Assembly (NCBI RefSeq): GCF_964213995.1
Contig: NW_027590123.1
Coordinates: 1,798,001-1,862,000 of the forward strand
DNA length: 64,000 nt
Source: Mustelus asterias
Lineage: Eukaryota
Direction: 5' to 3'
Below, in pieces: positions 23,525 to 34,988 of this stretch. Positions within the stretch are counted from its first letter, which is position 1; every line of letters begins with the position of its first letter. The translations under genes and the position numbers were made by a program. The notes under the pieces were generated by a model. The model saw only the letters and a program-made list of their open reading frames with translations. It searched no databases and was not told the DNA's origin.

Positions 23525-23830
23525 AACGGATATTATTGAAACAACCTCGTGGAGCTATTACCAGTGGCAGTGACACCCGCAGCCTCATTTCACTGCTCAG
23601 TCTCTGATGTGCCTTACCGGCCCTGTGTTATTTGAGAGGTTGCCGCCGATGTTCACTATTCGGTATTGGTTACAACAGCAATGTGGTGGGCCGGGGATCT
23701 GCATTCCGGCTCCAGCAGAAGATTCCCGAATCTGCGGAGTTACAGACTTATAGAGAATGAAGCGGAACCACAGTTCACTGCTTTTCATCATTAGACCATT
23801 AGTAGTCAGCATCCTTACCCAGTTATAAAT
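23525..23830 (-). pseudogene. Possible very degenerate V relic
   Basis: Minus-strand fragments IFCWSR..PGP..LL, HIRD..EAA..HC, then a CAC..CAATAAT RSS-like trace. Confidence 0.3.
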
Positions 23831-24084
23831 ATCTGTTGTCCTCCTGAGTGCTGTAACTCAAATCTCATTGTTGCGAACTAATGATAACTTATTTGTTACT
23901 CTTCATTTGGACATTGGTGGCAAGACTAGTATTTGAAGTCCATCGTTAATTGACTTTGATCTGAGTGGCATGCTAGGTCATCGTGGAGGGAAGCTAAGAG
24001 TCAACGTGCTTTCAGTGGATCTGGTGTCAGATGTACATCGCTGACTTGATGTGACAGTTCCTGTTTATGGATAACTATCAAGGT

Positions 24085-24476
24085 GGTTGGAGACCAGTCC
24101 ATCACGCAAACCAGCCTCCCATCCATTGCCTCCGTCTACACTTCCCACTGCCTTGGAAAAGTAACCAGCTTAATCCAGGATCCTAGTTCTCCGGGCATTC
24201 TCTCTTCCAACTCTTCCACTGAAAAAAAATACAAAAGTCTGAGGCCACGTCCCAAACGACTGAACAACGGCTTCTTCCCTGCTGCCATCCGGCAGGACGT
24301 ATAACATATTAAGCTGATTTTTCCCTTCACCCTATCTGTAACCACGACACTATATTCCACATCCTCTCCTTTCCATCTCCCCGATGTACTCTATGAACTC
24401 ATTGTCTGTGTAGCACACAAGAAACAATACTCTTTAACTTTATCCTAATACATGTGACAATAATCAATCAAATCAA
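24085..24476 (+). mobile_element. Rex1/Babar-type LINE 3' end
   Basis: ..LPSIASVYTSHCLGK..KKYKSLRPRPKRLNNGFFPAAIR resembles the Rex1 C-terminus; AATCA tail. Confidence 0.7.
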
Positions 24477-24984
24477 GAAATGTTCAGTTTGAGCAGTTCT
24501 GACTTGGTATCCGGAGAACAACAAGGTTTTATGTCAATAATCTATAGATTGTAACAAGGAAGTTTAAAAGATTATGAGTAAGAGAATGGAGACAGACGAT
24601 GAGAGGAAATAGACATGCAAAACATATGGAAGGGCAGAAGGTTAGGTGCATTCAATTCAAAATGAGGACATAAGTGTTAAAGAATTGTGTTGATATTAAA
24701 TGTTGAATTACAACAAATGCTGGATATAACTGGTTGAAGGTATTCGACCGAAGGTGAGAATGATGCATTAATGATTGAGCAGAAATATTTGCTCCCTTAC
24801 AGATTTGCCACACAAACGCTTTTTAATTTTGGAGTACAAGTTAAGTTGAGTTATCAGGTTGAAAGTAACGGATGTGTTCTTGTATTAAGTGACATGGACT
24901 CTCAACCGAACCATCAGAACCTGCACCAACACAATGGAATTGAAAATTGTAGTTAAGGCAATTGGTGGAGCTATGCTCTCACTT

Positions 24985-25044
24985 GCTTCGGTAGTGTAGT
25001 GGTTATCACGTACGCCTAACACGCGCAAAGTTCCCGGTCCGAAA
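24985..25044 (+). pseudogene. tRNA-Val(AAC) pseudogene, 3'-truncated
   Basis: GCTTCGGTAGTGTAGTGGTTATCACGTACGCCTAACACGCG.. matches vertebrate tRNA-Val; T-arm mutated and 3' acceptor strand missing. Confidence 0.85.
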
Positions 25045-26076
25045 AGCGTTCATTAAGCTTTGTCGTGCAGCGTGAGGGAACTCTGTAGGATTTAAGTTGG
25101 TTGCGAACATTATCCGAATCTTGATGTTACAGCCATATTACCTTTTCTCTGACCTCGGCCTCAAATGCTTTCTGCAAAATAAGAAATGCTGAAATATTTT
25201 GACGCACCGACACGAAAAAAAAAACGCTTCCATTTTGACAACGTGTACATAGAAGCATCTGGTTCAGTCTACAACAAATTTAATGGATTTATAGGTGGAG
25301 AATAACATAGTTAATCACCATCTGAAACAGATCTAATAGTAGTGTGTGCTCAACAAGACAGACACAAGTGATACTGTAAGCGAACCAGAGGGAATGGCGC
25401 ACATTTCCCAGAAGAATCTTTTTTTTCAAACCGTTCCTCATAAAGAAATCGGAAAAAACAGTCAGACAGATGAGGGAGTCGAGATTCAGTGCAGATCTAC
25501 TGGACTTTCCGCTAGATGGCCGGAATTTATGCGCCTGAATGTTTCACTCCCAGAATTAAAAAGGCTCAAGTATAACTAACAGATAATTCTTCAATCTCTA
25601 CCATTTAATAATAGCTGACTGCTTAAATGCTGACTATGGTCGAACTCAAATAAGCACCATGGGATCTGTATTACTCGGTGACTCGATTCCTTTTGTTGGT
25701 CAGTTACGTTTGCAATTCAGTGACATTCAATTTCAGAGATATTCAATTCATAATGAGGACATATGTGTTCAATAATATATTGAAATTAAATATTGAATAA
25801 CAAAACAAATGCTGAGTATAATTGGTTGAGATGGTTCGAAGGAAGACGAGAATGAAGCATTAATGGATGAGCAGAAATCATTGCTCCCTTAGATGTTTGC
25901 CAGGCGAACGCTTTCAAATTTCGAAGTTCAGGATAAGTTGAGAAACCAGGTTGAGAGTAACGGTTATCTTCCTGAATTAAGTGACATGGGCTCTCAGTCT
26001 AACCATTGGAACCTACAGCAACACACCGCAGGTAACAATTGCAGACAAGCCGATTAGCTGCAATCTGCTGTCAGCT

Positions 26077-26145
26077 GTTTCTGTAGTGTAGTGGTTATCA
26101 CGTCCGTCTCACGAAAGGGGCCGTTTCGAAACCGGGCAGTAAACG
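26077..26145 (+). pseudogene. tRNA-Val pseudogene with anticodon-arm deletion
   Basis: GTTTCTGTAGTGTAGTGGTTATCACG..TTCGAAACCGGGCAGTAAAC. Confidence 0.8.
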
Positions 26146-27539
26146 CTGTTGGTACCTTATCATTAAGTGTATGCGAAGTCTGCATGATGGAAGTTCATTG
26201 CTCAACATTATTTGAATCTCGGTGTTACATCAACTCAAAAGCTTTTCGGAAACTCAGGTCTCACATCAACTCAAATGCTTTCAGGGAAATCAGAAATGGT
26301 GTATTTTAGGACGCATTGACAGGAAATGAGTGTTGTATTGTTTGTACACATATTCGGAACACGTTCCGTCCACAGCAGAATTTAATGGGTTTATCGATGC
26401 AGACTGACATAGTTAATCACCATCGGAAACAAGTCTTATAGCATTCCGTGCTCATAAAGACAGACACAAGTGAAACTGTAACTGAACTGGAAGAAATAGC
26501 GCACATTTCCCAGAAGCATCTTTTTAAAATTGTCCTTCATGATAAAGCAATAGGAAAAACCACTCAGACAGATGAGGAAATCGAGACTGGATCTGCTGGA
26601 CTTCTCATAGATGAACGAGATTTAGACGCCAGAATGTTTCACACACTGAATAAAGAGTGATCAGGTATAACGAATAGATCATTCTTAAATCTCTTCCCTT
26701 TTATGATATTTGATTTCGTTTAAAAGTTGACTGTAGTCAATTTCAAAAAAGTATCATGGCATGTGTCTTACCCACTGACTCGATTTCTTTTGTTTGCAAT
26801 TCAATGTTGTCTATTTCAGAGATATTCACTTCAGAATGACGACAAATGTGTTAAATAAATGTATCGATGTTAAAAGTTGAATCAAAAGAACCAGCAGGAT
26901 GTAATGTAGTTAGATGGGATTTATTTTTCCCACCCATTTTCTAATCAGCAAATGGTCACTTTCTGCAGAAGGAGGCCATGACGTTCGGTAAGTGATCAGA
27001 CAGCGCCCTCCCGTGGACCGGACAACGGCATTGGAAATAGACGCCCAGATATATAAACTCCGAGACAGATCCAGTACAACTACCACACTGGACAACAGGA
27101 AATATCCGCTCAACATCACACTGTTAGCACCGGTTGGGGTTTTAAAGGTTACAGTCAAGTTGTCTCTTACTCTTCTAAACTCAGGTGGATACAAACTTTA
27201 TCCTTTATCACTTTATCCTTTCCTCGTAAGATTGCCCGCTCACAGCTGGTAATAGTTTAATAAAACTCCTCTGAACTTTTTCTAAGGCATTAATATCTTT
27301 CTTATGATAAAGAGACAAGTAGTGTACACAATACTCGAGATATGGCCTCGCCAATCGGATTTCCGATCTATCTTTGTGGCGGCAGCAGATTGAGCATTCA
27401 TATCTTCACTCCTTTGATCACCGCTGAAATCATCCCACAAATGCTTCTTGACAAATTCAGCCAGAATGCATTTGCTCAGATCAAATCGTGTTGAATTAAC
27501 TTGCTTGAGTTTTATGCTGAGTAATTTGCACTAATGAAA

Positions 27540-29625
27540 AGTGGAACTTTTTCAAGGAACAAATACTGGGTGTCCTTGATAGGTATGTCCCTGTCAGGCA
27601 TGGAGGAAATGGCCGAGTGAGGGAACCATGGTTCACGAAAGAGGTAGAATGTCTTGTGAAAAGGGAGAGGGAAGCTTATGTAGGGGTGAGGAAACAAGGT
27701 TCAGATGGCTCGATTGAGGGTTACAAGTTAGCAAGGAACGAGCTGAAAAAGGGGCTTAGGAGAGCGAGGAGGGGACATGAGAAATCCTTGGCGGGTCGGA
27801 TCAAGGAAAACCCCAAGGCTTTTTACTCTTATGTGATGAATAAAAGAATGACCAGGGTGAGGTTAGGGCCGGTCAAGGACAGTAGGGGGAACTTGTGTAT
27901 GGAGTCAGTAGAGATAGGCGAGGTGATGAATGAATACTTTTCTTCAGTGTTCACCAAGGAGAGGGGCCATGTTTTTGAGGAAGAGAAGGTGTTACAGGCT
28001 AATAGGCTGGAGAAAATAGATGTTCGGAGGGAGGGTGTACTGGCAGTTTTGTATAAACTGAAGGTCGATAAGTCCCCTGGGCCCGATGAAATATATCCTA
28101 GGATTCTTTGGGAGGCAAGAGATGAGATTGCAGAGCCTTTGGCTTTGATCTTTGGGCCCTCGCTGTCCACTGGGATGGTGCCAGAGGACTGGAGAATGGC
28201 GAATGTTGTTCCTCTGTTTAAGAAAGGGAATAGAAATGACCCTGGTAATTATAGACCGGTTAGTCTTACTTCGGTGGTCGGTAAATTGATGGAAAAGGTC
28301 CTTAGGGATGGGATTTATGACCATTTAGAAAGATGCGGATTAATCCGCAATAGTCAGCACGGATTCGAGATGGGAAGTCGTGCCTCACAAATTTGATTGA
28401 ATTTTTTGAGGAGGTAACTGAGTGTGTTGATGAAGGTAGGGCAGTTGATGTCATATACATGGATTTTAGTAAGGCGTTTGATAAGGTCCTTCATGGTCGG
28501 CTTATGATGAAAGTGAGGAGGTGTGGGATAGAGGGAAAGTTGGCGGATTGGATAGGTAACTGGCTGTCTGATCGAAGACAGAGGGTGGTGGTGGATGGAA
28601 AATTTTCGGATTGGAGGCAGGTTGCTAGCGGAGTGCCACAGGGATCAGTGCTTGGTCCTCTGCTCTTTGTGATTTTTATTAATGACTTAAAGGAGGGGGC
28701 TGAAGGGTGGATCAGTAAATTTGCTGATGACACCAAGATTGGTGGAGTAGTGGATGAGGTGGAGGGCTGTTGTAGGCTGCAAAGAGACATAGATAGGATG
28801 CAAAGCTGGGCTGAAAAATGGCAAATGGAGTTTAACCCTGATAAATGTGAGGTGATTCATTTTGGTAGGACAAATTTAAATGTGGATTACAGGGTCAAAG
28901 GTAGGGTTCTTAAGACTGTGGAGGAACAGAGAGATCTTGGGGTTCATATCCACAGATCTCTAAAGGTTGCCACTCAAGTGGATAGAGCTGTGAAGAAGGC
29001 CTATAGTGTGTTAGCTTTTATTAACAGGGGGTTGGAGTTTAAGAGCCGTGGGGTTATGCTGCAACTGTACAGGAGCTTGTTGAGACCACATTTGGAATAT
29101 TGCGTGCAGTTCTAGTCACCTCACTATAAGAAGGATGTGGAAGCGCTGGAAAGAGCACAGAGAAGATTTACCAGGATGCTGCCTGGTTTGGAGGGTAGGT
29201 CTTATGAGGAAAGGTTGAGGGAGCTAGGGCTGTTCTCTCTGGAGCGGAGGAGGCTGAGGGGAGACTTAATTGAGGTTTATAAAATGATGAAGGGGATAGA
29301 TAGAGTGAACGTTCAAAGACTATTTCCTCGGGTGGATGGAGCTATTACAAGGGGGCATAACTATAGTGTTCGTGGTGGGAGATACAGGAAGGATATCAGA
29401 GGTAGGTTCTTTGCGCAGAGAGTGGTTGGGGTGTGGAATGGATTGCCTGCAGTGACAGTGGAGTCAGACACTTTAGGAACATTTAAGCGGTTATTGGATA
29501 GGCACATGGAGCACACGAGGATGATAGGGAGTGGGATAGCTTGATCTTAGTTTCAGATAAAGCTCGGCACAACATCGTGGGCCGAAGGGCCTGTTCTGTG
29601 CTGTACTGTTCTATGTTCTATGTTC
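27540..29625 (+). mobile_element. 5'-truncated CR1 LINE (RT region), one frameshift and one nonsense codon
   Basis: ORFs 27617-28396, 28393-29115 and 29137-29544; (TTCTATG)n tail. Confidence 0.95.
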
Positions 29626-29766
29626 CATGAAAGGCAGGTCTCCACCATTGGGAAACATGTAAATAACGTGAGAGGATGCCATGACACTATAGCAGATTAA
29701 TGAGAGTGCGGATTAGGACGAGATTGTTCTTGATTTAACGTCGCTTTTACAGAGCGGACAGCGACA

Positions 29767-30200
29767 ATGTGGAAAAGCAGCAGTTGGGTTTTGTGGGGTG
29801 GGAAGGGAACCTCATCCCACAGATAGACAATTCTGGAATAAAGACATTTAGTCTCATTTCCCAATCGTGATTGCAACCTAAAGTTTATCACAATCCGATA
29901 TGATTGATTTCCGTTTGAAGATTTATTTTAGATCTGAGTCTCTGAAATTCTGTCACTTACTTATTGTCCTCAAATGATAAAACCGAAACAGAAAGACCTT
30001 TTTCTGTTTCAAGTTTCTTCTATGATGTTACAAGGAGTAATTTTGCTTCATTCTGGCACTCACTAATCCCGATTAGGTGCGCTCACAGGAAGTCTTGCTC
30101 ATGTCTGCAGACAATCAGTGAGACAACCATCACCAAGTGCACCGTTCAGGCAGCCATACCTGTCTCCATCTCCAAATGGCGAAATTGGACTCTGAAGAAT
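29767..30200 (+). pseudogene. Ancient V-segment relic (paralogue of 15706-16130)
   Basis: Acceptor at 29931, then ..NSVT..FYDVTRSNFASFWH..KLDS; DNA colinear with 15.7-16.1 kb. Confidence 0.5.
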
Positions 30201-30824
30201 TGATCAGAAGAAGGACTCACGTCCGGAGTTAATGGTTGAAATCAGTTCTGCCCTCGCACTTTGCGTTGTGTCCAGGAAGCTCCTGTCTGCTGGATTAAAA
30301 ACTAAGATTCATTAACGTTGCAAAGCCAATGTGCAGAGCGTACATGCCATGCCACAATCCATCTGCTAATTGCTCCAAAAAAGAATTCAAATTCAAGTTG
30401 AATCTAATTCATGGATCCCACAAGAGATATGTACAAGATCCAAGCTGCCAAGAAAAGGCATCGAACCTGATCTTGGGCTTGAGTTGAAGCTTGATCATAG
30501 CCAAAAGACCGAAACGTTTGCCGGGGTTAGTGTAGAACCTTGGACAGATACAGCCACTATGAATATCGGCGCTGTCAGCCGCTGAAACACACAACCAGAG
30601 GAAACCACATTATCCTCAGATTAAACTGTTACCCAACTGTTTCCAGCGATAACCGAGAAAATTAACTGCAGAATCCAATCAGACCGGCCGATCAGTCATC
30701 AAATCAGTCTACAGGTTAAACCGGGTGCTGTTCAGTTTCTGATCTGCTGTTAAGTCCCACAAAGACGGGCTGGATGTTCAGATCAGTTCCGGGAGAGATG
30801 TTTCTGACCCGCAGAGCCGACCCA

Positions 30825-31120
30825 CCGACGTCTCTCAGACTACAGATGACATCACACGTCACAGTAAGAAGTCTTACAACACCAGGTTAAAGTCCAACAG
30901 GTTTATTTAGAATCACGAGGTTTCAGAGCGCCGCTCTTTCATCAGGTGAGTCACAATGCCAGATGATTGGACGTCACAACACATTGCCCTGATCTCACAA
31001 TGCCACCATGCTCTGACGTTACAATACATGTTGCTCTGATGTCACAATAGCAGATGATCTGCCGTCACGATGCCAGATGCGCTGACGTCACAGTGGGATG
31101 AGCTGACACATGCGCACTCT
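30825..31120 (+). promoter_or_regulatory. CRE-like ~23-bp repeat array upstream of the V at 31319
   Basis: Repeated GATGCTCTGA(C/T)GTCACAAT units; homologous to 18325-18810; ends in CATGCGCA. Confidence 0.6.
30860..30951 (-). mobile_element. Penelope-type short repeat (family A) with hammerhead motif
   Basis: Minus strand TCAC-CTGATGA-A-AGAGC-GGC-GCTCT-GAAA-CC-TC-GTGA; flanked by GTCACA. Confidence 0.7.
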
Positions 31121-31318
31121 CACCCCCACACCCCATCATTGCTGAAGCTCCCTCACTGCTCCACTTTGTGATCACAAGTCCAGAAGACCCGGTTCTGACC
31201 GACACGGTATAACTGGTGTTGGGTTCAATTTCATACCCAACTGCGCTGCCTTCCCCAGGAGCGTCTCTCCCCCTGGGATCTGACGACAGCGAGCTTACAC
31301 ACGTCGATAGGATCCGAC

Positions 31319-31877
31319 ATGAAGCTGAGCTTCACTTTCGTGATCATCATCCTGGATTTCTTACTCTTCCCTCAGCGTGAGTGTGATGGCTATTTCTGAC
31401 AGGAATATTTCGCATATTCGCAATGCTATGTTATGTTGAATTGTACTCTGCTTTATTGTATTATATCCTATTGAGTACACAATTTCACATTATTGTGATG
31501 ATTATATTGGGCTCTGCGATAGTATTTTTTAATGACGTTATTGCATGCCTAAGTATTCTTCCCAGATGCCGCTGGCAGTGAAGAGGTATTACAGTCGCCG
31601 GAGTCAATGGTTATTACCGATGGAGACACGACAGTGTTGAACTGCTCAACGGTAGTGGAGCAAAATATCTTGCAATGGTGCAAATAATACCGGGACCTAA
31701 CCGTGCAGCACCTGGCGGGCGGTACCATCGATCAGAACAGGATCGCGGCTTGGTTCATTTTCTCAGAGAAACGTAGCTTTCTGAATGTTAGCCACACTCG
31801 GCTGACAGACACTGCCACTTATTTCTGTGCAGTGAAGGCACAGCATAACAAAGACGATTCAGCACCGTACAAAAATC
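31319..31877 (+). pseudogene. TCR alpha-like V segment with a single in-frame stop (leader 31319-31376; V exon from 31566; RSS 31839-31877)
   Basis: Leader MKLSFTFVIIILDFLLFPQ; SEEVLQSPESMVITDGDTTVLNCSTVVEQNILQWCK*YRD..RLTDTATYFCAVK (TAA at 31685-31687); CACAGCA + 23 nt + ACAAAAATC. Confidence 0.92.
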
Positions 31878-32971
31878 TGCCGGGCTGATCCTGCAAGCCT
31901 TTGCAGAGAGCTGGGTTTTTAACCACACTCTCCCTTGTGTACACGTTACAGTCACCCAATCAGTGAGGCCTGTTCCTGATTTGTGTTTACTCCTAAATAT
32001 CAGAGGCGAACGTTCACAATATATTTAAATTCGATTATTTTTTATGGAAATCTCATCCAGACAGCACATGTTCCATGGTGCTTTCAGATTATAAACATCG
32101 TGCTATTCTTTCATTTGGTGATAATCTCTAAAACAGTGTTGGTGAAACTGGGGAATGTGAAGAGGGGTGAGGGCGGGGAGAGAGACGATTCACCTGATCA
32201 GGAAGCTGAGCAACTCCGGACCTTTCCACCAGAACAGGGAATGTTCTCAATTGCTCAGACAGACGTGTACCCAATCAAGGATGGTTGGAAAAGTTTATCA
32301 AGAAATAAAGTTAATCTGAAACGGCGCTAAGTGGGTAACTAAATTGCGTCAGTTCAGGTTATCACTATTGTGACAGAGGGAGCGATAAGGAGCCATTGTT
32401 ACGTTGGAGAGTCTCTGTTAGAGAACGTAATAGTGCACGAGAAACAGTGATGGAAACTGAAGCTATAAGTCATTTGAAGGGTGAATTGGACAAATGTTTG
32501 TTCAGAAATGGAAAATTTTAAAATGCGTAATATATGGAAGCAGGCAGATGATTAGGAATAAGTGGATACATCTTTAAGAGAGACAGTACAAAATTACTGG
32601 GCCGAAATTCCTCTGCTTGTGCTCTATGATTCTAAGATAATAAATGGTTCCGTTCAGTTAGTGAGACAACAGAACGTAGCCCTTATGAAACAATTTACTC
32701 TGCTGTTACATACAGGAAGCAGAGAGGGTCGGAAGCAATGACGGTTCAAGTGGTCTCCGGTTTGAGAAACAGCCAATCGCTCAGTGGCACCGTGAATAAC
32801 GTCAGATACCAACATCCCATAACAGTGCAATCGGTAACACTGTTGCGCCTCAGTCTCACATTCAGCTCTCGCCTCTCCTCTCCCTCCCCACCATTCAGAG
32901 TCCTGACCTTAGCTGCAAGTCCCAGTCTGGAAATCAGACCCGGATTGATCCTTTTGTACATCTTCATCACC

Positions 32972-33502
32972 ATGAAGAGAATCCCCCGCAAAGACCTGCT
33001 TCCAGTTGGTGCTCTGATACTGATGCTATTTTGTGAGTTTCTTTTTCTAATCAGATGTGGAGATTTAAACAATCTCATAATACCGCGTGCTTTGTAAGTG
33101 ATTTTTTTTTCTTCGTTCAGTGTGAGGATCAGCGCTCCCACCCTGAGCAGGTGGTGTTTCGGGAAGGGAAACGGGTTGAACTGAAGTGCCGGCTCTCCAT
33201 TGAATCTGGCTATTCCGTAGCTTGGTGGAGGCAATTATGGTATTTGCTACCAAATAAACCTGTTGAACTTTAACCTGGTGTTGTGAGACTTCTTACTGAG
33301 GCAAACACTGATAGGTGCTCCGAAATTAATCGCCTCCATTTCCAATGGAAATATGACCGAAGGACGTTACACACTGTCCTTTGACCGAGTAAAGAATTCC
33401 AACGCCAGCCCTATAGATGAGACCGCGGCCCAGGACTCCGGAATATATCTCTGTGCGAGGCAGACACAGTGAGACAAAGACCAGAACCGATGTACAATAT
33501 CT
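32972..33502 (+). pseudogene. V pseudogene with IgH-like hallmarks, disrupted by a 63-bp insert (leader 32972-33032; RSS 33465-33502)
   Basis: Leader MKRIPRKDLLPVGALILMLF; VQC-EDQ..VELKCRLSIESGYSVAWWRQ | TLIGAPKLIASISNGNMTEGRYTLSFDR..QDSGIYLCARQ; CACAGTG + 22 nt + ACAATATCT; no in-frame AG acceptor. Confidence 0.88.
33235..33297 (+). mobile_element. 63-bp Penelope-type (family A) insert with 7-bp target-site duplication GAGGCAA
   Basis: GAGGCAA at 33228-33234 and 33298-33304; removing the insert and one copy restores the V frame. Confidence 0.88.
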
Positions 33503-33949
33503 TATTCCCTGCCCTGTCTCCACTGCCCCGTTAACATTTCCCCAAATCAGGCCCATTAGGCATGCCGGTAATATTAGAAGGATTAGTTTCCCATGTGCAG
33601 CCAAGATGGAGTCGCAATATCCGATAACCGTAAATACAGATGCAGTGTGTCGAAACATTTTCAATAAAATCTCTTGTTTCGTTGTCCGTCACAAAAAATA
33701 AAGAGACAGACAGAAAAATAACTTTTTCTCAGATAACTGGACAGGTAGCTTTGTGAGAGAAAGGTAGCTAAACAAGGACATGGGAAGATGGAAAGAGCGA
33801 TAATAAGTAGACAGATGGGTAAGAGACACAGACAGGCGGACAGATCAATACGTAGACACAAAGATTCGTTAATTCCGTCGATGTACGCAAGTACTCATTT
33901 AACTATCCCGTTACGTATCTTCACGTTAATTTTATTCTTGTTTTGACAG

Positions 33950-34269
33950 TTGTTCCTTGTCACTCAGAAACATCTCAGATATCAATGTATCTAGGAACGC
34001 AAGGACAGACCATCTCTCTTCATCACAATGTTACTGCCACTCGAGATGAACTTGTATGCTGGTACCAGCAGTTCTCCCATCAAGCTCCAGAGCATTTCAT
34101 CTGCACATTCGGAGATGAAAATGTTGAGGGAAGATTTGAAGAATATGTGTACCGTAAGAAAGGCTCCAGCACTCTCACTGTTAAGACGGTTGAGTTGTCA
34201 GACGCTGCGGTGTACTACAGTGCAGTGAGACAAGGTGAATCAGAGACATGAGGAGCCTGTACAATAACT
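33950..34269 (+). other. Non-canonical V exon: open frame, no Cys23/Cys104, Cys40+Cys55 pair, RSS with defective heptamer
   Basis: Acceptor TTGACAG; VPCHSETSQ..QTISLHHNVTATRDELVCWYQQFSHQAPEHFICTFG..STLTVKTVELSDAAVYYSAVR; CAAGGTG + 23 nt + ACAATAACT; the frame stops at 34251. Confidence 0.8.
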
Positions 34270-34988
34270 CACTCAACATGGGGACTATGGAGACCACAGC
34301 ACATGGCCTTGAGAAATTGAGAAGTGTAATGCAAGCAAAATCGATAGAAAATGTTGCTCATTCGAATAATATGATGGAATTTTAAAAATATATGTTAATA
34401 TTTCTAATAATAGAACTTGCAGATTAAACCTCAATAAAAACCCCTATACGTCACTCTTTGATATATTGGCTTCTTGAAATTTGGTTGGCATAATTGTGTG
34501 ATTATTCACGAGCTTCCAAAATTTCCATTCTTTCCAAATGAACAATCCAGAGTTATCAGTTGTGGATTTATGTGTTTACAAAAATGAAATTCACCCATCT
34601 ACTCAATTGAACACATATTGTGCTAAAGGCGCAGGCCATCAGAAAATTAAGACAAATGATTTGGTATCAATATTACACAATGAAATTAGCAAAACCAAAA
34701 TCAGAGGATTAGAAGGCATGTTTGTGCTCAATTTTGTGTCCATATTCTACACTTTACCGAAATGTGCGCTGCACTTTCAGTCAATTTGATACATCTTAAT
34801 ACTGTATTTACCAGCACACGACCATGAATCCGATACATAACATGCAAACTGCGATTGCCAGCTTACGTGTCCAGGCAGCCAATTGGTGCGTTGTTGTGGT
34901 TTTGTTGTGTGTGTGTGTTTGTGTATGATTGGGGGGTGGGATGTGGCGTGGAGCAGTTGGAGGCTAGAGGTTTGGGCTTAAGGGTAGT

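Larger units (their letters stand above)
24650..26905 (+). repeat. Diverged ~1.09-kb tandem repeat (about 2.1 copies), each full unit carrying a tRNA-Val pseudogene
   Basis: Unit start TTCA(A/C)TTCA.AATGA.GACA at about 24651, 25742 and 26825; internal blocks are colinear. Confidence 0.85.

Noticed and set aside
17698-29115. Same Trp codon mutated to TGA and TAG in two CR1 copies, suggesting AID/APOBEC editing
   Set aside because: Two events are insufficient and no wider G-to-A clustering was evident by eye.
32972-34269. NAR-TCR-like cassette (Ig-like V followed by a leaderless supporting V with a CDR1-proximal Cys)
   Set aside because: The ~450 bp between the two V exons has no D segment, 12-RSS or FGXG J segment.
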